Program-made: the position numbers and the translations under genes
Notes under the pieces: generated by a model
Told to the model about the DNA's origin: nothing
Database searches by the model: none
What the model saw: only the letters and a program-made list of their open reading frames with translations
DNA from: Candidatus Woesearchaeota archaeon
GTDB lineage: Archaea > Nanobdellota > Nanobdellia > Woesearchaeales > DSVV01
Assembly (NCBI GenBank): GCA_043813525.1
Contig: JBDRKY010000082.1
Span: forward strand, 1 to 10,437
Direction of reading: 5' to 3'
Length of the DNA stretch: 10,437 nt
Part shown: positions 6,329-10,437 of the stretch, one piece after another
Layout of the letters: each line of letters starts with the position of its first letter
Numbering within the stretch: position 1 is the stretch's first letter

Positions 6329-6364
6329 GTGCTTTAGTGTTAGGGTTAGGTGCTAAGAGTTAAT

Positions 6365-6390
6365 AGTTTGTACTCAAACTTTTTGTTCTT
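6365..6390 (+). terminator. Hairpin plus T-tract, AGTTTG-TACT-CAAACT-TTTTGTTCTT, probably a terminator after genes A and B
   Basis: A perfect 6-bp stem with a 4-nt loop is immediately followed by a T-rich run. It is preceded by two copies of TAGGTGCT (6326-6333 and 6347-6354). Confidence 0.35.
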
Positions 6391-6435
6391 AACATCCAGC
6401 ATCTAAAAGCTAACACCTGATTAAAGGTGATAATA

Positions 6436-7233
6436 GTGAAGAAAAAAGTTTTTATATTTTTTAGTATCATAATTCTTTGTATGGCTCTACTGATAATTGC
6501 AGGTTGCGGAGGAGAAAAGGAGTGCAGGGAAAACTCAGACTGTTCTGCAGGCAGCTGCTTTGATGTGAAATGTGAAGATAATAAATGTATAAAGACAGCA
6601 CAGCCAGACTGCTGCGGCAACCTGATGTGCGAATCTGAAGCTGGAGAAAATTCATGCAATTGCAAAAGTGACTGCAAAAAACCAAAATGTGAAGGTAAAT
6701 TTGTAGTAAAAGAAAGGGGAAGCAAAAAATATTATGGAGAATATCTTGAATATATGTGCAAAGATGATAAATGCATGCTCACATTCGATGAAAAATCAGT
6801 CAAGAAAATTCCACTCCTTAGTGAAAAAACAATAAATAATGTTAATCTGGAATTAGGTGTCACATTCAACAAGCCATTTGATATGACTAACGATAAAGTG
6901 ATGATTGCATTAACACTTAAAGATTATGATCAAAATAAGGCAAAGATGCCATTCACTGTCAAAAGCATCAAGATAATGGATGGTGACCTGCTCTATGGAC
7001 AGACTAACACAAATAAAGAGCTTGTACAGATTGGCGCTGGGATAAAAGAATCTGTTCCTTTAACTTTAGATCCAGAATCAAAAGAAGAAGAAAAATCATT
7101 GACATTGAAAGTTGATTATGAAATGACAAAGATTAATTCCAAAGGAGAAGAAGAGCTAATAAGAGATAGTTTTGTTGAAAAGTTCTCACAAAAAATATTT
7201 TTGATTGTGACAGGTGAGGCTGATTTAGAGTGA
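6436..7233 (+). CDS. Cysteine-rich secreted lipoprotein C (about 265 aa from GTG 6436; the ORF track starts at GTG 6427)
   Basis: The SD AAGGTG at 6424-6429 is followed by 6 nt and then GTG 6436, giving MKKKVFIFFSIIILCMALLIIAGC. That is a basic n-region, a hydrophobic h-region and a lipobox-like IAGC. The following approximately 65 aa contain about 16 Cys (CGGEKECRENSDCSAGSC...CCGNLMCESEAG.NSCNCKSDCKKPKCEGK). After that comes a beta-rich domain of about 170 aa with no recognisable motif. Confidence 0.5.
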   Translation: MKKKVFIFFSIIILCMALLIIAGCGGEKECRENSDCSAGSCFDVKCEDNKCIKTAQPDCCGNLMCESEAGENSCNCKSDCKKPKCEGKFVVKERGSKKYYGEYLEYMCKDDKCMLTFDEKSVKKIPLLSEKTINNVNLELGVTFNKPFDMTNDKVMIALTLKDYDQNKAKMPFTVKSIKIMDGDLLYGQTNTNKELVQIGAGIKESVPLTLDPESKEEEKSLTLKVDYEMTKINSKGEEELIRDSFVEKFSQKIFLIVTGEADLE

Positions 7234-7868
7234 GAAAGGGAAAAAAGAACAGGATAAGAAAAAATAAAAAAGGATTTGAACTAAGCATCAATTTCATAGT
7301 TATGATGATACTTGCTTTAGTAACATTAGGTGTTGGCTTCTTCTTTGCAAAGAACATATTCAGCCATACTATAGATATAGGGGAGCAGCTTGATGCACAG
7401 ACAAAGACACAGATAGAATCTAAATTAAGGGATCCAGCATCTTTAGTAGCAGTTGGCCTTAACAGAAAGGTAATAACTAGAGGAGATCATGATACATTTG
7501 GTATTGGTGTTGCAAACAGGAACAGTAAAAAAGGATATTTCTATCTCGAAGTTTCATGCAAACTTGGTAATTTTAAAAATAAAGAAGGTGTAAATGAAGA
7601 TCTTCCTGTCTTATGCCAAGAAGAAGAGACATGCTGTAGCAAATGGATACAGGCAGAAAAAAAAGGAGAAAACTTATTCAGGATTGATGTAGGTGAACTT
7701 AATCCTACTGGATTTGATGTTGGAACATTATTCTTTAACATAGACAAGAAAGCCAAACCAGGATTGTATGTTTATGATGTACAAGCAAAGAGAACTGATG
7801 CAAAGATGGGTGAACAGGGAAAACAAAGCTATGATTCTGTAAAGAAGATATATGTTGAAGTTCCTTAA
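7230..7868 (+). CDS. Class III signal peptide (archaeal type IV pilin-like) protein D, 212 aa
   Basis: The GTG start overlaps the gene C stop as GTGA (7230-7233), which implies translational coupling. The N-terminus MRKGKKNRIRKNKKG|FELSINFIVMMILALVTLGVGFFFA has the KKG-then-hydrophobic-helix architecture of archaeal prepilin peptidase substrates. The extracellular domain has 4 Cys. An oligo-T tract follows the stop. Confidence 0.5.
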   Translation: MRKGKKNRIRKNKKGFELSINFIVMMILALVTLGVGFFFAKNIFSHTIDIGEQLDAQTKTQIESKLRDPASLVAVGLNRKVITRGDHDTFGIGVANRNSKKGYFYLEVSCKLGNFKNKEGVNEDLPVLCQEEETCCSKWIQAEKKGENLFRIDVGELNPTGFDVGTLFFNIDKKAKPGLYVYDVQAKRTDAKMGEQGKQSYDSVKKIYVEVP

Positions 7869-7950
7869 ATTACCTTTAATTTTTCTTTTGATCTTACACA
7901 GATAAATAAACAATAATATTCTATTAAAATAAAAAAAATAAAAAAAAGCA
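7869..7950. terminator. Bidirectional oligo-T terminator region between convergent genes
   Basis: On the + strand TTTAATTTTTCTTTTGATCTT follows gene D. On the - strand the complement of the A-runs at 7921-7946 gives TTTTTTTTATTTTTTTTATTTT immediately after the 4-TM gene stop at 7951. These are archaeal-style T-tract terminators. Confidence 0.45.
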
Positions 7951-8331
7951 TTAAAACAACAGTAGAAGTGGTGTTAATAGTAAACCCAACACAATAGTCA
8001 ATAATATCCCTACAATGATAGACAATACTGCCCATACTAACCATGTCAGAATTCCAGTTTTCCAATCATAGTTATACTTTGTTTTTACCAACCAAATACC
8101 TACAATCAAACCCAGAAAACCAGAGAGAGGAATTGCAATCCCAAATGCACCTAACAGACTAAGTACAAATCCAATAGCAACTACAATCAAATTTACATTA
8201 AATGCGGTTTTCCATGAAGTATCTGCTCCCTTCATAATCTTAACAGCCCATGTCAGCAGATATGCCCCTAAAAAAAGCATTATCACACTTGAAACAATGG
8301 TTGTTACCAATGCTGCTAAAACAAATGCCAT
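7951..8331 (-). CDS. Hypothetical integral membrane protein, 126 aa, with about four TM helices
   Basis: The start is ATG 8331, with SD AGAGGTG followed by 7 nt upstream. There are four hydrophobic segments separated by short loops (KIMKGADTSWKTAF and KTKYNYDWKTG). No recognisable family. Confidence 0.55.
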   Translation of the reverse strand: MAFVLAALVTTIVSSVIMLFLGAYLLTWAVKIMKGADTSWKTAFNVNLIVVAIGFVLSLLGAFGIAIPLSGFLGLIVGIWLVKTKYNYDWKTGILTWLVWAVLSIIVGILLTIVLGLLLTPLLLLF

Positions 8332-8457
8332 ATTTTTTCACCTCTTTTATTAAATAGTTTATTTAATGAAGTTAAAAGTTTATTAGTATAAATAATTTGT
8401 GGTATGCTTTTTATATAAACTTTAAAGATTAAGATTATTTAGAGTTCTTGATTATCT

Positions 8458-8628
8458 GTATGTAAAAAGTCTCCTAATAAGGAATATTATTACAGCCAGT
8501 TTTCATCATGGAAATCTTACAATTAAAATCATAAAGGAGCTCCATACCTTAATGTCTCACGACCTGTATTGTGATAAAAACAAACATAAGGCAGCAATAA
8601 TATTCTAAAAAGGAGACTTTTTACATAC
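8458..8628. mobile_element. MITE-like non-autonomous element, 171 bp, with 18-bp perfect terminal inverted repeats flanked by an 8-bp direct repeat (target-site duplication GATTATCT)
   Basis: GTATGTAAAAAGTCTCCT at 8458-8475 is the exact reverse complement of AGGAGACTTTTTACATAC at 8611-8628. The inverted repeat continues imperfectly for about another 20 bp (..GAATATTATTaCaGCC against ..AATATTATTgCtGCC). GATTATCT occurs in direct orientation at 8450-8457 and 8629-8636. There is a central GGAGCTCC palindrome at 8536-8543. The element has no ORF of its own. The right end lies inside the last 8 codons of tpiA. Confidence 0.55.
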
Positions 8629-9390
8629 GATTATCTCAATGAACTGAGTAGGATCCAAACCAGCACCACCTACAAGAAAACCATTGATATTCTTCTGCTT
8701 AATCAGTTCTGATGCATTATTTGGCTTTACACTGCCGCCATAAAGAATCCTTAACTGCATAGCTGTTGTCTGAGAATACATGTCTGTGAGCTGTTCACGT
8801 ATGAATGCATGAACCTCTTCTGCCTGTTCTGGTGTCGCTGTCTTGCCTGTGCCAATTGCCCAGACCGGTTCATATGCAATGACTAAAGCCTTGACCTGAT
8901 TTTCAGAAACATTCTTTAAACATGCTTTCAATTGTGTCAAAAGAACATCATTTGTCTTTTTCTTTTTCCTCTCTTCTTCTGTCTCACCAATGCAAAGTAT
9001 TGGATTAAAACCATGATTAAAAGCAGAGATTACTTTTTTATTTATCAGCTGATTCGGTTCTTTGAATATGTGCCGCCTCTCTGAATGACCTAAAATTACA
9101 TATTCACATAACTCCTTTAACATAATAGGAGATATTTCTCCAGTAAACGCTCCGCTGTCTTCACAATACATGTTCTGTGCACCTAATTTTATCTTTTCAT
9201 TCTTTATCTTTGATATTTCACTTAATGAGATGAATGATGGACAGATTAAAATTTCGTTTCCATCATTATCACCACTAAAAAAACCATCTTTAACTAATTC
9301 ATCAATTTTACCATTAAATTCATTAAAAAAATCAACAGCTTCCTTCACAGTCTTGTTCATCTTCCAGTTTGCCGCAATCAGATTATTCAT
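8605..9390 (-). CDS. tpiA: Triosephosphate isomerase, bacterial-type, about 261 aa from ATG 9390 (MNNLIAANWKMN...)
   Basis: The protein carries AANWKMN, GAQN, ILGHSERR, LCIGE, IAYEPVWAIGTGKTAT and YGGSV..N motifs. These are those of the bacterial/eukaryotic TIM type, not the short archaeal type with INYK and about 220 aa. GGTG lies 5 nt before ATG 9390. The ORF-track start at 9465 adds 25 non-homologous residues. The last 7 codons and the TAG stop (8605-8607) lie within the MITE-like element. Confidence 0.9.
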   Translation of the reverse strand: MNNLIAANWKMNKTVKEAVDFFNEFNGKIDELVKDGFFSGDNDGNEILICPSFISLSEISKIKNEKIKLGAQNMYCEDSGAFTGEISPIMLKELCEYVILGHSERRHIFKEPNQLINKKVISAFNHGFNPILCIGETEEERKKKKTNDVLLTQLKACLKNVSENQVKALVIAYEPVWAIGTGKTATPEQAEEVHAFIREQLTDMYSQTTAMQLRILYGGSVKPNNASELIKQKNINGFLVGGAGLDPTQFIEIIVCKKSPF

Positions 9391-9526
9391 ATTATCACCC
9401 TCATTAGTTTTAAATATAATATATTTGCTGAACATATTATGATATAAATAATTAATGGAAAACAAAATTTTTATATACTAAAGGAATATGCAATATATTA
9501 AACATATAAACATTTGAGGTGTAAAA
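9391..9526. promoter_or_regulatory. Divergent promoter region between tpiA (-) and the stomatin gene (+)
   Basis: The intergenic stretch is AT-rich with TATA-like TTTTATATACT at 9467-9477 and ATATTATATTTA on the minus strand about 30 nt upstream of the tpiA start. The SD GAGGTG at 9516-9521 sits 5 nt before ATG 9527. Confidence 0.3.
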
Positions 9527-10285
9527 ATGGCATTAGGTGGAATTTTAGGATTGATTGTATTCTTTGTTTTAGTATTGATATCAAGTATGAAAATAGTAAA
9601 TGAATATGAAAGAGGTGTCAGGTTCACGTTAGGAAAATATTCTGGGATTATGATGCCAGGATTAAGAATAATTATTCCACTTCTGCAGTCATGGCAAAAG
9701 GTTGATATGAGAATCAAGGCTGTTGATGTTCCAGATCAGGAAAGCATAACTAAAGATAACATAACTGTTGGCATAAATGCAGTCATCTATTATAAGGTCA
9801 TGGATGCTGCAAAAGTAATCATCGAGGTTGAACATTATAATTATGCAATATCTCAGCTTGCACAAACTACAATGAGAAATATTGTCGGTGAAGTAGAGTT
9901 AGATGAATTATTGAGCAAGAGAGATCAGGTAAGCGATAAGATACAGGTAATAGTAGATAAAGCAACTGATCCATGGGGCATCAAGGTAGATACAGTTGAA
10001 CTTAAAGATATCACCTTGCCAGCTGACATGAAACGAGTGATTGGAAAGCAGGCAGAAGCTGAAAGAGAGAAAAGAGCTGTCATCATAAAAGCTGAAGGTG
10101 AAGTGATTGCAGCAGCTAATATGGCAAAAGCAGCAAATACATTATCTAAATCATCTGGTGCATTACATCTGAGGACATTGCAGACACTGAATGACTTATC
10201 AAGCGACCAAAGCAACACAGTCATATTTGCAGTCCCATTAGAGATTTTGAGAGCATTCGAAGGTTTTGGAAAGAGAAAAAAATGA
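9527..10285 (+). CDS. Stomatin/prohibitin-family (SPFH, band 7) membrane protein, 252 aa
   Basis: An N-terminal TM helix is followed by MKIVNEYERGVRFTLGKY, RIKAVDVPDQESITKDNITVGINAVIYYKV.D, a NIVGEVELDELLSKRD..S, ATDPWGIKVDTVELKDI.LP and a coiled-coil AEAEREKRA.IIKAEGE. This is the classic SPFH domain. There is a T5 tract after the stop. Confidence 0.9.
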   Translation: MALGGILGLIVFFVLVLISSMKIVNEYERGVRFTLGKYSGIMMPGLRIIIPLLQSWQKVDMRIKAVDVPDQESITKDNITVGINAVIYYKVMDAAKVIIEVEHYNYAISQLAQTTMRNIVGEVELDELLSKRDQVSDKIQVIVDKATDPWGIKVDTVELKDITLPADMKRVIGKQAEAEREKRAVIIKAEGEVIAAANMAKAANTLSKSSGALHLRTLQTLNDLSSDQSNTVIFAVPLEILRAFEGFGKRKK

Positions 10286-10437
10286 TTTTTGTAAAGAAAC
10301 GGCTTTGCGTATAAATTCAGAATGATGCCATATTGAAATAGCTTATTTTTCTTCGATTGTTATGTATAATTCTTGCTAAAACTTGTGTAAATATTGTGTC
10401 ATCTAACCTTTTTGTTACAATCCCAAATATTCTTTTA

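Noticed and set aside
6340-6352. GTTAGGGTTAGG resembles telomeric TTAGGG repeats
   Set aside because: There are only two units, in a prokaryote-type context. Most likely it is coincidental and part of the TAGGTGCT-containing intergenic region.
6058-6725. ORFs at 6058-6243 (-), 6178-6363 (+), 6360-6725 (-) and 6467-6685 (-)
   Set aside because: They overlap genes B and C in alternative frames or on the opposite strand. They are Cys/Ser/Leu-rich artefacts of the Cys-codon-rich region, with no start context.
7133-8065. Minus-strand ORFs at 7133-7357, 7541-7756, 7728-7913 and 7865-8065
   Set aside because: They are antisense to genes C and D or span the terminator region. The last one overlaps the 3' end of the 4-TM gene out of frame. 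There is no support for any of them.
9170-9717. ORFs at 9170-9442 (+, antisense in tpiA) and 9478-9717 (-, antisense across the stomatin start)
   Set aside because: They are antisense to genes with strong homology. The second would span the divergent promoter.
9925-10224. 99-aa minus-strand ORF inside the stomatin gene
   Set aside because: It is antisense to the SPFH-domain gene and is an Ala/Ser-rich artefact of the GC-richer coiled-coil coding segment.
1-10437. Searched for CRISPR arrays, rRNA genes and long direct repeats
   Set aside because: There are no regularly spaced 25-40-nt direct repeats and no rRNA-like conserved blocks. The only repeats are the short ones reported above.
10286-10437. 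Possible downstream gene (for example NfeD, commonly paired with stomatin) or ncRNA after the stomatin stop
   Set aside because: Neither strand of the remaining 150 nt has an ORF with a start signal. The stretch has only AT-rich sequence with a TATAAAT box at about 10302, so it could be a promoter for a gene beyond the window. There is not enough sequence to call.

Overview
This is an AT-rich (about 30% GC) genomic window from an archaeon. The archaeal assignment rests on archaea-specific genes: ribosomal protein eL43 (L37ae), RNA polymerase subunit RpoP, KEOPS subunit Pcc1, prefoldin beta, a UPF0147 protein, archaeal-type methionine aminopeptidase MAP2 and class-III (prepilin-like) signal peptides. 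It is mixed with clearly bacterial-type genes, a long bifunctional RelA/SpoT (p)ppGpp synthetase-hydrolase and a bacterial-type triosephosphate isomerase, in what may be a small-genome, possibly DPANN-like, lineage. The layout is as follows.
- 1-2211: a mini-MscS channel gene on the + strand, then a minus-strand conserved 'superoperon' fragment, L37ae-RpoP-Pcc1-PfdB-UPF0147. RpoP is a 48-aa ORF absent from the supplied ORF track.
- 2244-2432: a roughly 190-nt GC-rich non-coding island with complementary ends and a tandem heptamer array.
- 2524-5332: MAP2 and the RelA/SpoT homologue, co-directional on the minus strand and 17 nt apart.
- 5470-7868: a compact four-gene plus-strand module encoding two class-III-signal (type IV pilin-like) proteins, a tiny 2-TM protein and a Cys-rich lipoprotein. 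All four have identical Shine-Dalgarno geometry, and three share an LGVGF-type hydrophobic N-terminal motif. This is the best candidate here for an undescribed cell-surface or adhesion system.
- 7951-8331: a 4-TM membrane protein.
- 8458-8628: a 171-bp MITE-like element (perfect 18-bp terminal inverted repeats extended imperfectly to about 40 bp, 8-bp target-site duplication GATTATCT) inserted into the very 3' end of tpiA.
- 8605-10285: tpiA, and a divergently transcribed stomatin/SPFH gene.
No rRNA, confident tRNA or CRISPR array is visible.
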